Assembly (NCBI GenBank): GCA_035627595.1 | Contig: DASPLK010000002.1 | Span: 224,481 to 288,480, forward strand | DNA length: 64,000 bases | Reading direction: 5' to 3' | Source of the DNA: Minisyncoccota bacterium | Lineage (GTDB): Bacteria; Patescibacteriota; Minisyncoccia; Phycocordibacterales; Phycocordibacteraceae | Shown here: positions 8,098-17,702 of the stretch, piece after piece | Position numbering within the stretch: position 1 is the first letter of the stretch | How the letters are laid out: the number at the start of each line of letters is the position of its first letter | The notes under the pieces: generated by a model | The model's input: only the letters and a program-made list of their open reading frames with translations | What the model was told of the DNA's origin: nothing | Databases searched by the model: none | Program-made: the position numbers and the translations under genes

Positions 8098-10914
8098 CTA
8101 GGGACTAGGAGTAAAGGGGACGGCGCGGACTAAATCATTCGGATGAGGAATCGAAAGGCCCTGCGCTAGGAAGTAGTCCCCGTTGAGTAGACCGCTGTAT
8201 GGGGTCACTCTTCCTTCAGCATCTGCCACGATCGCTCCTATATTTGGCTGCTGAATGCCAAATACAGACTCTACCGTTGCGTCATACAGAACGCGCACGC
8301 CTGGATGCTCGAGCGCATACGCTTGAGCAAATTCATAACGCTCATTAGTGGTACCGCCATACGCTACGACATCGCCGCGCGAATCAATAAAGATAGCCGG
8401 TTGTCGAGGATCGATATCGACGCCATTAATATTCGTATACGGCTGCGTATAGTCGATAGGACCTTCTGCTGCTGGTGGTTGCGGTAGTGGCTGCTCTTGC
8501 TGGACGGGTCTTGGTGCTTCTGGCTGAGTTTCTGCTGCACTTGGCTCTGCTTGTGGTGCGAGAGGTTCAGGCGAAACTGGTTCCTGCGGAATATCGATCG
8601 GACCTGCTTCGAGTGCTGGGTCTGGAAGGACCTCTGGCTGTACTGGTACTTCCGGTGACGGCTCTGCGGCCGTGACCGAAGGAGCCTCAGTCGGCTGCTG
8701 CTGGATCTCAATAGGCGCGGCTTCTGGAAGTGGTGCAGGAGGAACTTCTGGCTGCACTGGTACTTCCGGTGACGGCTCTGCGGCCGTGACCGAAGGAACC
8801 TCAGTTGGCTGCTGCTGGATCTCAATAGGCGCGGCTTCCGCACTAGTTACTGCAGATGGCACTTCACTTGGAGCGCTCGCCTCCATCGGGAAGCTGTGAC
8901 TTGATGCCAGTGTTCCATCGCTTTCTACAAGCACTGAGCTTAACCCGGAGTTCGGCCGTTCTAGCACGATCTGATTCTCTGCGTTAAGCGTTATGGTGTC
9001 CCCTGGCTGCATAATTACACTTCGTCCATCCTCAAGCTGCAGACCGAGTCGTAGTGTCGCGTTATCCTCTCCTGCAAGCAGTGATGCGCCATCCTCTGTC
9101 CTAAGTAGCTCCAGGAAATTCTTAACAGCGATAGGCTGCTCTTGTCCGGCAAATGCTTCCTCGAGCTGCAAACCAAAATGGCCGACCAGTCGATCTGCGT
9201 TATTTATGTTGCCGGATACTGCGAGGGAGCGAGCTTCTGAAGGAATAGATTCCGCGGATGCTTCGGCCGCACCAGACGTCGCTTCTCCTGCGCCAAGAGA
9301 TGTAGTAGGTGTTTCTGGTTGCTGCGGAACGGTAGCTGTACCTTCCGGAGTTCTATCTGTGCCTGCAACACCGTCAGATGTCCTTGGCTCACCTGCTGGA
9401 CCTGATTCTGCCGCTCGTATTGCGTCGCCCGTCTGCTGCATTTCCGTAAGTGCAACCGCCGTACTGACACCCACACCGAGACCTACAAGCACCTTAAGGA
9501 TTGCCGTCTTTCGCTCGAGCGTCTCATCCATTCCGCGCTCGCGGAGCTGCAGACGCTTGCGCTCGATAGCCTGCAGGACCTCAAGCGTCAATTCCTTATT
9601 CTTGGACATGCGCCGTATCTCCTCTTGTAGCGACTTCTCATCCACGACAGCATCTTTCTGTGCCCTTTCACCGCGCAGCTTCTTATAGAGGAATCCCGCC
9701 GTCTCTGCCGCGGCAAGACCTGCCACAGTAGAGCCAAGCGATCGAAATACGCTAAGTGTGCCGAATCCAGCTGCAGCGACTATACCTGCGGTACCAAACG
9801 AACCGATGAAGGCCGCTCCGCCGGACATCAGAATAGCGCTACTTATCACGCGCGCTGCCTTGCCATACTTCTGACCAAACCTTTCGATAAAGAAATTATC
9901 AAGGCGCTCATTCGCTCTATTCATCCACTGGATGCCCTTCTCTAGGGCGTCCGGCGCCTTCTCTCCAAGTGCCTCGGCGCGCATTGAAATATCGCGATCG
10001 GTGCTTGGCGCAATGATGTCCTTATACAGATGCAGTCCTTCGTACTTGCTGAGCGCGCGCTCTATCCATTCAGGGCTCTTGCCCAGCGCTTCCCAGCGCT
10101 CTCGTGCTGCGCTCTCAAGCGCTGCCTTTGCCTCAAGACGCTTCTGGTCGCGCTCCATGCGTGTGTCGTTTATCTCCATTGAAGCTGCTCCAAGAGGACG
10201 TAGCCTCTTTATGACACGTCCAACAATATTATTGTTCGTATAGAATCGCTTGTACGCGTCTGCATACTTCTGATCTGCCTCAAGCAGTGCTGCATACTGT
10301 TCCTTTGCAGCAACACGCGACTCCAGCGCAAGTGACTCCTTGAACTCCTGGTAGTTTTGCGGACCCTCCTTCGTTGGGTCGACAATATGATTCTCAATTG
10401 CAAATTTCCCTACCGTGGATGCCAGTTCGCTCTTCCATAAACGCTTCATTTCTGCAGGCTTTAGCATCTGTTCTGCGAGCGCCTTCTTCAACGTGTCTGT
10501 ATCTGCCTTCTCTACAACGGCACTTGCGTATGCAAACCGGCCGTCATCTATGGATGCGGTCCCTGCTGTGTTCACGTGCGCTGACTCAACCGGCACGCCA
10601 TCGCCAAGCCCTCCCGTGCGTGCTGCGGCTTCAGGGGCCGGCTCCATTGGAGGCTCCTCTCCGTCAAGCACGAGAGGACGGTAGTTGGACTCATCTTTGC
10701 GACTATTCTTAAGTGCCTCGCCCAGACGGCCTACAACTGCCTTTACATCCTTCTTTAGGTCAGGGCCTACACCAGACATCGCCTCGATAGGAGATCTTCC
10801 ATCAGCGCCCCATGTGGCGGGATCGGCTTCGCTCCTTTGCGTAGGAGTCGCCTGCTTTTTGTCGTCGTCCTGTGGCGGTACGGTGACGGGATCCGGAGGT
10901 ATCTTCTCGGACAT
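8098..10914 (-). CDS. Large hypothetical protein with charged helical N-half, Gly/Ala-rich hydrophobic core and Pro/Glu-rich repeat stalk
   Basis: 938-aa ORF; hydrophobic stretch AILMSGGAAFIGSFGTAGIVAAAGFG; 38-aa tandem repeats. Confidence 0.85.
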   Translation of the reverse strand: MSEKIPPDPVTVPPQDDDKKQATPTQRSEADPATWGADGRSPIEAMSGVGPDLKKDVKAVVGRLGEALKNSRKDESNYRPLVLDGEEPPMEPAPEAAARTGGLGDGVPVESAHVNTAGTASIDDGRFAYASAVVEKADTDTLKKALAEQMLKPAEMKRLWKSELASTVGKFAIENHIVDPTKEGPQNYQEFKESLALESRVAAKEQYAALLEADQKYADAYKRFYTNNNIVGRVIKRLRPLGAASMEINDTRMERDQKRLEAKAALESAARERWEALGKSPEWIERALSKYEGLHLYKDIIAPSTDRDISMRAEALGEKAPDALEKGIQWMNRANERLDNFFIERFGQKYGKAARVISSAILMSGGAAFIGSFGTAGIVAAAGFGTLSVFRSLGSTVAGLAAAETAGFLYKKLRGERAQKDAVVDEKSLQEEIRRMSKNKELTLEVLQAIERKRLQLRERGMDETLERKTAILKVLVGLGVGVSTAVALTEMQQTGDAIRAAESGPAGEPRTSDGVAGTDRTPEGTATVPQQPETPTTSLGAGEATSGAAEASAESIPSEARSLAVSGNINNADRLVGHFGLQLEEAFAGQEQPIAVKNFLELLRTEDGASLLAGEDNATLRLGLQLEDGRSVIMQPGDTITLNAENQIVLERPNSGLSSVLVESDGTLASSHSFPMEASAPSEVPSAVTSAEAAPIEIQQQPTEVPSVTAAEPSPEVPVQPEVPPAPLPEAAPIEIQQQPTEAPSVTAAEPSPEVPVQPEVLPDPALEAGPIDIPQEPVSPEPLAPQAEPSAAETQPEAPRPVQQEQPLPQPPAAEGPIDYTQPYTNINGVDIDPRQPAIFIDSRGDVVAYGGTTNERYEFAQAYALEHPGVRVLYDATVESVFGIQQPNIGAIVADAEGRVTPYSGLLNGDYFLAQGLSIPHPNDLVRAVPFTPSP
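8611..8838 (-). repeat. Intragenic tandem repeat, 114-bp unit, two copies plus a degenerate third start
   Basis: EAAPIEIQQQPTE(V/A)PSVTAAEPSPEVPVQPEV... occurs twice; DNA ACTGGTACTTCCGGTGACGGCTCTGCGGCCGTGACCGAAGG at 8642 and 8756 (offset 114). Confidence 0.92.
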
Positions 10915-11002
10915 ACTGCGCTGGTATAGATATTTGCTAATAGAACGTACTAAAACTTTAGCATGTAGTCAGCACTTACCGCCTTGTCCACTGGGAACAA
11001 GA

Positions 11003-13759
11003 CTAGGAGAGGTACCGCTGCCGAATGGTTCCTTCGACCGTCGCGCGATCCCTGCCGTATGTCAGGTACGACAATTCGCGTAGATCATCTACCTGCTCCA
11101 TATTTCCCTTGTCGAGCTGAATGGTCTTTATGTTAAACGGCTTTTGTGGCACGCCGTTCGCAAGTATGCGTACATACGCATTCCGATTCTCAATATTCAC
11201 AAAATCAAGAGGCTGGAAGGTCGGCGCAAACTGCTTAGCAAAGTACTCCCCATCTTCCTCCCCTACGCGGAATACTGCCATGTTGCCGACGTTGCCGAAC
11301 ACCGCGTCACGAATTTTCTCGTCGACCTGTGCCAGGAACTGGTGTGCAAGGGTAAGTGAGAGCTTGTACTTGCGGGCTTCGGACAAGATGCCCGGAATTG
11401 AGTCCGTGGTGATGTTCTGGAACTCATCGATATAGAGATAGAACGGCGGGAACTGCGTGCCCGGGGAGTCCGCTCTTGATAGCGCAGCCATGAACAACTT
11501 TCCAACCAAGATAAGACCAAGCAGGTTAGCGTTACGCTCACCCAAGCGTCCCTTAGATAGGTTTACGAGAAGGATCTTCTTATTATCGATGACCTCGCGG
11601 AAGTTGAACGAAGAGACCTGCTGTCCGATAATCGGGCGCATAAAGTCATTTGCCGTAAACTCATCGAATTTGTTCGTGATGTACGGCACGATGTTCTGAA
11701 GCGATGCTTCACCCTCGGCCTTGGTAGCGATCTCCATCCAGAATTGGTTCACGACCGGATTGGAGCTTCGTGCAAGCTTGTAATTCCTATACTCGGCGTT
11801 ACTCAGCACACGGCTAATGTCCATAAGCGTAGAGCCCGAGGCGGGGTCCTCCATGACGAGCGTGGTTGCATTTCTGAAGTACTGGATGAAGGCAGGGCCC
11901 ATTGATTCAGGAACATCGCCATACAGCGTCTGAAAGATTGCAAGCATCTCATTGACGATGAATGTCTTTTGCTCGGGCCGCTGCGGATCGTATTCGAGCA
12001 TATTGAGGCCGAATGGCCTGTCGAGGTAGGCCGGATCGAAGTAAATGACGTCTTCATAGCGCTCTGGCGGCACGCTTGCCAGAACTTCAATGATGTCATT
12101 GCCGTGCGGATCGATGAAGCACACGCCATTGCCCGCCTTGATGTCCTGTTCGATGAGAGTTCGAAGGAATCCGGTCTTTCCTGTTCCCGTTTGACCAATA
12201 ACGTAGAGGTGGCGGAGGCGATCCTCCCCGTCGATTTTCACTTCGCTTGTTTGTCCGCGGAAGGTATTGGTGCCGATCAGAATGCCCTGCTTAGGCAGAT
12301 CGACAGGCGCCGCTGCCTGCGTAAAGCGGGCTTGCTTTAGATGCGGAGACGACTGGATGCCCTTAGGTGGGAAGTGGAATATTGTCGTGAGCTCGCGTAG
12401 CGATAGCGGCATCGTGTGGTTGCGGGAAAAAAGACGGAACGAAAAATCGCGGAAGAAGCCGCGCGCCCTTGCCGCTTCATACCGCTTCCAGACCATCTGA
12501 TTGCCGTGCGCACTCTCAAACTGATTGAATGAGGATTCAAGCTCGTGAAGTATTGCATGCGCACGACTAGGATCAGGAGATGATGTTGCAAGACGTATTG
12601 TGGTTGCAACGATCGGGGTTGCTGTCTTCTTCTCAACAAGCAGTATCTCGTCTTTGTTCTCCTCGTTGCGCTTTCGTCGCTCGCGTTCCTCATCTTTCCT
12701 CTGCGCAGAACTACCAAAAAAGGTACTGGCAACCTGTCGAGCAGCTTCACCCGCAAATCCTTCTGGCATGGAAAGCGCGCGCGAGCGATGCTCGCCGCTT
12801 CGAAGCGCATCAAGTACTTTCCGATAGTGCTTCACGTACCGGTCCCTCTGTGGCTGGATGATTATCTGGAGTGCAGCGCCTTCGCCTTCTTCCTGTATTT
12901 TTGCAAATGCGTTTAGTATCGAATTGATCGGATCGTAGTCGAAATCGGTATAGTCCTTTAGAGAAAGCATCGGGTAGTGATGCAGCTCTGCAGCTGAACC
13001 GATTGTCGTACCGCCATCAGCGAAAATGTTGTAATCGTTTGGCTGGCGGGTCAGGTGGGCGTCCGGGAATATGGCAAGAAGCTGCTTTTCGAACAAATCG
13101 CGACGGCCATTGGGGACTGCGGCGAAGAATAGGAGGTGCGGCCTATCAGCAGGCACTGCAAGCTCGAGTGAGAAATACGGTGGCTCTCCAGCGTATGCGT
13201 CCTCTACGGCAAGCATACCTGCGTAAAACTGCTCCATTGAGGAGATCAGTTCCCTTAGCGGCTTTTTAGACCCTCCCTTATCCTCATCACTGAAATCGGG
13301 AAGCGCGATCTCATAGAGCGTCATGTGAAGCGCCTTCCAAGCTGGCTGGTCCTCGCCAAATCCAGGAACCTCCATACGCTGCAATACGTACTGAACAAGG
13401 AATCTATGGAAGTCGTCCTCTAGGTGTGGGCTATTGAGCTTTTCAAGTACCAGGAGCGCGTTCTTGATTCCCTTTTCCTCCATGATGTTCCGGAGCTCTA
13501 GCATGGTCTCGTCGTCGTCGTCCGGATCAAGTTCAAGCGCTAGCGCGTGTGCTTCTTGGGGCTTGAGTGCATAGCCGGGCGCGAGCACCTCGTGCGGCTG
13601 CTCTTTGTGATGAATGATGCGCTCATGCACCACATGCGCACGAGGCACCTCCTGCGTATGAGACGCGAGCTCCCGCTCCTTCGCCTCTACTTGCGCGCGC
13701 AGATGCTCGAGCTCTTCTTCCGGTGTACGGAATTGTTCAACGTATCCTTCAGCCGTCAT
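11003..13759 (-). CDS. VirD4/TraD-like type IV secretion coupling-protein ATPase (HerA/FtsK superfamily), CPR type
   Basis: RHLYVIGQTGTGKT Walker A, FIDPHG, YLYIDEFQN Walker B, SEARKY-LSLTLAHQ and AVFGNVG; start MTAEG follows a TATACT box. Confidence 0.88.
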   Translation of the reverse strand: MTAEGYVEQFRTPEEELEHLRAQVEAKERELASHTQEVPRAHVVHERIIHHKEQPHEVLAPGYALKPQEAHALALELDPDDDDETMLELRNIMEEKGIKNALLVLEKLNSPHLEDDFHRFLVQYVLQRMEVPGFGEDQPAWKALHMTLYEIALPDFSDEDKGGSKKPLRELISSMEQFYAGMLAVEDAYAGEPPYFSLELAVPADRPHLLFFAAVPNGRRDLFEKQLLAIFPDAHLTRQPNDYNIFADGGTTIGSAAELHHYPMLSLKDYTDFDYDPINSILNAFAKIQEEGEGAALQIIIQPQRDRYVKHYRKVLDALRSGEHRSRALSMPEGFAGEAARQVASTFFGSSAQRKDEERERRKRNEENKDEILLVEKKTATPIVATTIRLATSSPDPSRAHAILHELESSFNQFESAHGNQMVWKRYEAARARGFFRDFSFRLFSRNHTMPLSLRELTTIFHFPPKGIQSSPHLKQARFTQAAAPVDLPKQGILIGTNTFRGQTSEVKIDGEDRLRHLYVIGQTGTGKTGFLRTLIEQDIKAGNGVCFIDPHGNDIIEVLASVPPERYEDVIYFDPAYLDRPFGLNMLEYDPQRPEQKTFIVNEMLAIFQTLYGDVPESMGPAFIQYFRNATTLVMEDPASGSTLMDISRVLSNAEYRNYKLARSSNPVVNQFWMEIATKAEGEASLQNIVPYITNKFDEFTANDFMRPIIGQQVSSFNFREVIDNKKILLVNLSKGRLGERNANLLGLILVGKLFMAALSRADSPGTQFPPFYLYIDEFQNITTDSIPGILSEARKYKLSLTLAHQFLAQVDEKIRDAVFGNVGNMAVFRVGEEDGEYFAKQFAPTFQPLDFVNIENRNAYVRILANGVPQKPFNIKTIQLDKGNMEQVDDLRELSYLTYGRDRATVEGTIRQRYLS

Positions 13760-13867
13760 TACCTGCAGTATACGATACGTGAAAGATGTAATGCGAAGTA
13801 TCCAGGCATATAGACAGTGTTTGCATCGCATGTAAGGATGCCGCTACGACACCAAATGGAGGAAGTC

Positions 13868-14140
13868 ATGTCCTTTCTTGCATCCCGCGCTATGTGCGTT
13901 GCCTTTGCGCTGCTGGGCGCCCTGTTATGGGTCTTCGGTGCCCTGCGCTTCCTGTGCTGGTTTATGTTCAGGCAGTGGCACATCCCGAAGGACAAACTCG
14001 CAGCGACACTTGAGCTCGACAGCACGATACTCGCGGTTTTGCCTTGGCAACTCCGCAACTGGTACTCAGGACGGCAGTTTTCCCGTCGCAGACAGACGGA
14101 GCGTCGTGAGTTCATGGACACCACGGCGTATATGCCGTGA
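13868..14140 (+). CDS. Orphan small membrane protein (90 aa)
   Basis: GGAGG SD before ATG 13868, hydrophobic N-terminus, followed by a strong hairpin. Confidence 0.5.
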   Translation: MSFLASRAMCVAFALLGALLWVFGALRFLCWFMFRQWHIPKDKLAATLELDSTILAVLPWQLRNWYSGRQFSRRRQTERREFMDTTAYMP

Positions 14141-14145
14141 CAGCA

Positions 14146-14175
14146 CAAGGGCGGCACCACATGGTGCCGCCCTTG
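14146..14175. terminator. Hairpin between convergent genes
   Basis: CAAGGGCGGCACCA-ca-TGGTGCCGCCCTTG, a 14-bp inverted repeat. Confidence 0.65.
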
Positions 14176-14196
14176 AAACATGTATGTCTGTTGCGT

Positions 14197-14532
14197 CTAC
14201 CGCCTCCTTAACCCAGCCCCAAAGAGAGCGCTGATAAGTGCGAGAAGTATCGCAAAGATGAGCGCCCACCAGAAATTGTCTACAGAGAACCCAGGGACCA
14301 CCATCGCTGCCAGCATGATGAGAAGCGCGTTCACGACAAGCGAGAACAGTCCGAGCGTCACAATGTTGAGCGGAAGGGTAAGTAGGTTAATGATCGGCTT
14401 GATGAACATGTTGATAAGTGCGAGCACGACTGCCAAGAGAAGCGCACCGATCGGGTTGACGTCGACGCCCGGCAAGAGCATTGCCGCAAGCCCAATAGCT
14501 AGCGCCGTGATAAGCCACTGGATGATGGTCAT
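14197..14532 (-). CDS. YvlD / 4-TMS phage-holin-superfamily-IV membrane protein
   Basis: IKPIINLLTLPLNIVTLGLFSLVVNAL and PGFSVDNFWWAL signature; four TM segments. Confidence 0.9.
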   Translation of the reverse strand: MTIIQWLITALAIGLAAMLLPGVDVNPIGALLLAVVLALINMFIKPIINLLTLPLNIVTLGLFSLVVNALLIMLAAMVVPGFSVDNFWWALIFAILLALISALFGAGLRRR

Positions 14533-14599
14533 AGTCAGAGTGTTCAGAATTTATTCGTAACGATACCCGCAAGTATACGGGGCGGTCCTGTAGTTTTGA

Positions 14600-15259
14600 T
14601 TAACGAGCGAACCGAAACGAATCGACAATCGTATCAAGGCGCTCGAATTCTGCAGCAAGGGCTTCATCAGAGATATCGGCCGAGGTGGGATTCTCACGGT
14701 ATGAAGAACCGGTCCGGACTGCTTCTATGGCCCAGCATGCCTCTTCGTGTACAACTCGATAGCTCTCTGCTGCCACGTACTGCATCATTGCTGCGTCACC
14801 ATATATAAACGCGGCCCAAGGTTCGCCTCCGATACTACGATCTTCTACCTTCATTTCCCCATTTCGCGCTTCTGCGCAGGATCGCAGGTCTTCCGGCTCC
14901 TCGCTCTTTCCAATCCGCAGCAGCACCGTGTAATCGCGTGGATAACTCGTCTCATTCTCAAGACGATACGTCGTAATAGACAATAGCGACGTGCCTTGTG
15001 TGGTCGCGCTAACGCTCCAGGCATTGGGGAGTCTCTGCGTATCAAATGTCTCGGACACCTCGGCGCCTTCCGGGTATGCGAGCAAGAATCCCTGCTCTCC
15101 GCTTGTGTATATTGCGAGACCTTCGGAGAGCTCGATGGCTGGACTTTGCGCCGCTTCAGGCACGACGTTTGCTTGATTCCTAAATCCAAACCACCACGCA
15201 ATCCCTGCCATGGCGATTACACCAAGACCGATAACTGCATAGGGCGCGCTCTGTCTCAT
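14600..15259 (-). CDS. Membrane-anchored extracytoplasmic hypothetical protein
   Basis: Single N-terminal TM; TATACT-N6-ATG upstream. Confidence 0.75.
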   Translation of the reverse strand: MRQSAPYAVIGLGVIAMAGIAWWFGFRNQANVVPEAAQSPAIELSEGLAIYTSGEQGFLLAYPEGAEVSETFDTQRLPNAWSVSATTQGTSLLSITTYRLENETSYPRDYTVLLRIGKSEEPEDLRSCAEARNGEMKVEDRSIGGEPWAAFIYGDAAMMQYVAAESYRVVHEEACWAIEAVRTGSSYRENPTSADISDEALAAEFERLDTIVDSFRFAR

Positions 15260-15273
15260 ATAAAAAGTATACG

Positions 15274-15972
15274 CTATCGAGCCTCACCGTACGCAATGAC
15301 GAACGTTGCACTACCACGTGCTTCATCACCCCACAAAAGAAGCACGGCGCCGTCTGGAATGTACTCAAGCATGCCCGGCACCATGGTTATTTCTCTCTGG
15401 TCATCGTCTGTACGCACGGTAAAGCGTACGCGCGGTATACCTTCTCGATAGCATCCAAGCAACACTTCGCACGCGCCTCCGCTATACACTTCATGTACAT
15501 ACGCTTGCACCTCATTTGCGGCAAATTCCTGCCCGACTTCTACAGTGCCAATCGCAAAGTCACCATCGTAGTCTGGGACAATTTCTAGAGACTCAACCAA
15601 GATGCGTTGTGCATCTAGAACTCCTGAGACTCGTACGTGCGAGCCTATCGGAACAGGTAGCGTGTTTTCTCCTGATGGGTATACGCATGGAAGATCGCCC
15701 GCCGAAGGGGCGCACCCGCGCTCCTCCGTAAAGCGGAGCTCCTTTCTCACAAAGCGGTGCCCCTGGGTCTCGTACAAGAGGTAGTAAATTGGCGTGGTGT
15801 TCGATTGATAGCGCACCACAATACCCTCGCCCATAAAGCGCTCTCGCCCAGGCTCAACTATGTCGGGCAACTCGTCCGCACGGACCTTATCGGCCTGTGT
15901 GAATGGATCTTTCTGCATCCAGGTAACAACGCCTGAGACAAGAAATATAAACACCAGTAGCTTCTTCCACAT
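15274..15972 (-). CDS. Membrane-anchored hypothetical protein with two Cys pairs
   Basis: N-terminal hydrophobic anchor; 232-aa ORF co-oriented with its neighbours. Confidence 0.7.
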   Translation of the reverse strand: MWKKLLVFIFLVSGVVTWMQKDPFTQADKVRADELPDIVEPGRERFMGEGIVVRYQSNTTPIYYLLYETQGHRFVRKELRFTEERGCAPSAGDLPCVYPSGENTLPVPIGSHVRVSGVLDAQRILVESLEIVPDYDGDFAIGTVEVGQEFAANEVQAYVHEVYSGGACEVLLGCYREGIPRVRFTVRTDDDQREITMVPGMLEYIPDGAVLLLWGDEARGSATFVIAYGEAR

Positions 15973-16007
15973 TCTCTATCTATATATGAAGCGAGGTGAA
16001 TGCACGC

Positions 16008-17663
16008 TTAAGCGTAGGTGAGCCGCAGGATGCGCAAGTCGTCGTACGAGTATTTTTTCTTCAGACCCGCATGTGCAGGAGCGAGTTTCTCTGCCCCAAC
16101 CTTCGAGAAAGTCTCGTGCACAATATCCTCGTGCTTCTTGAGGCGCTCTGGTATGAGCGCTGCTATGTCTCCTCTAGAAAGCGTTCCTTCTGCCTTTAGT
16201 TTCTCCACATGGTCACAGATAGTGCCAACGGTAAGCACACGTAGCTTGGCGATCTCGGGTATGTTGTGTCCTGCGCGCACCAGCTCAAGCGTCTCCTCCT
16301 GTGTCGAGATTTTCTTTTTAGGAGCGCCGATTGGCTCGACGCTGCCGCCTGCTGCTTGTATGAAATTGCGCTCCATAGCCTCTCGTTCGCCGTTGTCCTC
16401 AAGGATGGTGAATGCTCCGCGGGCAGCCTCCGAAAGCTCTCGGAATGACTTATCCATCCTCCCTACATCCGGATGTACAGAAAAAGCATGCTCGGACCAT
16501 CCAAGAAGATGAAGTCCCGAAAGGGACCGTACGCGTGATAGCGCGACGTATCCCTGCCCATGCTCAAACACGCGCGACAAATCCATTGCCGCCTGGTCCA
16601 TGCTCATACCCTGGCTCTTATGCACCGTAATAGCCCACGCAAGACGCAACGGCACCTGCGTTACCTTTGCGCGCACCTTGCCATCTTCTTCAACCGCCCA
16701 ATCAGCCGGGGCGATTGTAAGAGAGCGACCATCAGCGGTCTCGATGATAGGGTTGCCGGTCGCATGCTCAAATCCCTCCACCTTCCCGAGCGTGCCGTTT
16801 GCATACCCCGCCGCCTGATTATTCTTCGTACACATGACGAGCGCGCCAGGCCTGAGCATGAGACGCTCTGGTGAAAGACAGCCTCGCTTCAAAGATTCGA
16901 TTAGGGTTGGGGCGCCGCTCGACTCCATCTCGTACACCTTGGACGCTCCTTTCAGCTTCTGTAGCTGCTCCTCGTTGATACGGTCTACATCCTCGTTATG
17001 TGTATATAGGCGCGGCACTTCGTCCTCGAGGTCCGATCCCTCTGTCTCGCGCGCGGTTATCTCCGATACATGCGTATGGTCCCACGTGCCCTCGCGGATG
17101 GCGGTAAGGACGTCGAGGAATGTATCGTCCTCCTGACGGTGTTGTTCGAGGAGATAACATACGAGCGGATTGAGTGCGCGCCATGCATCCGACTCAAACG
17201 CAAAAGATATAGAGGCGCCTCTGCGCCCGATGGGCGGGAGCTGGAAGAAATCACCGACAAGTACCACTTGCAGACCACCAAATGCGAGCTCGCTACCGCG
17301 CACTTCCCGACAAACGCGATCGACCATAGAAAGCACATCGCCTGAGAGCATGGAAATCTCGTCGATGATAAGCACGCGTGCCTTCTGTATGCGCTTCACC
17401 GTATGCTCCTTGCTCTGGATGCGATCGAGAAGCTCTGGAGTGAGTCGGTCGCTTATCCCGATGCCGCTCCACGAATGAATTGTAAGACCGTGGATATGGG
17501 TCGCCGCGATACCGGTCGATGCCGTTATGGAGGGCTCGATGCCATGCTCCCTTAACCACGTAACATATGCATTTACCGTATGTGTCTTTCCCGCACCGGG
17601 ACTACCGGTTAGAAATACGTTCGCACCGGTTTTAAGGATCTGCAAAGCCTCACCCTGGGTCAT
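16008..17663 (-). CDS. PIF1/RecD-like SF1B helicase with C-terminal RecQ-type HTH
   Basis: FLTGSPGAGKT, IIDEISM, GDFFQLPP, QVPLRLAWAITVHKSQGMS and GQGYVALSR; C-terminal IAKLRVLTVGTICDH. Confidence 0.92.
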   Translation of the reverse strand: MTQGEALQILKTGANVFLTGSPGAGKTHTVNAYVTWLREHGIEPSITASTGIAATHIHGLTIHSWSGIGISDRLTPELLDRIQSKEHTVKRIQKARVLIIDEISMLSGDVLSMVDRVCREVRGSELAFGGLQVVLVGDFFQLPPIGRRGASISFAFESDAWRALNPLVCYLLEQHRQEDDTFLDVLTAIREGTWDHTHVSEITARETEGSDLEDEVPRLYTHNEDVDRINEEQLQKLKGASKVYEMESSGAPTLIESLKRGCLSPERLMLRPGALVMCTKNNQAAGYANGTLGKVEGFEHATGNPIIETADGRSLTIAPADWAVEEDGKVRAKVTQVPLRLAWAITVHKSQGMSMDQAAMDLSRVFEHGQGYVALSRVRSLSGLHLLGWSEHAFSVHPDVGRMDKSFRELSEAARGAFTILEDNGEREAMERNFIQAAGGSVEPIGAPKKKISTQEETLELVRAGHNIPEIAKLRVLTVGTICDHVEKLKAEGTLSRGDIAALIPERLKKHEDIVHETFSKVGAEKLAPAHAGLKKKYSYDDLRILRLTYA

Positions 17664-17702
17664 AGATACCCTAGTGTATCAGGGCTGCTCAATGGGCGCT
17701 TC

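Noticed and set aside
8611-8838. Direct repeats considered as a possible CRISPR array
   Set aside because: The units are in-frame 114-bp coding repeats with no unique spacers, and no cas genes are present.
11003-13759. Coupling-protein gene as evidence of an ICE or conjugative element
   Set aside because: No relaxase, integrase, att sites or VirB cluster are visible in the window.
14197-14532. Holin-family gene as evidence of a prophage
   Set aside because: YvlD-type proteins are common chromosomal membrane proteins, and no phage genes are nearby.
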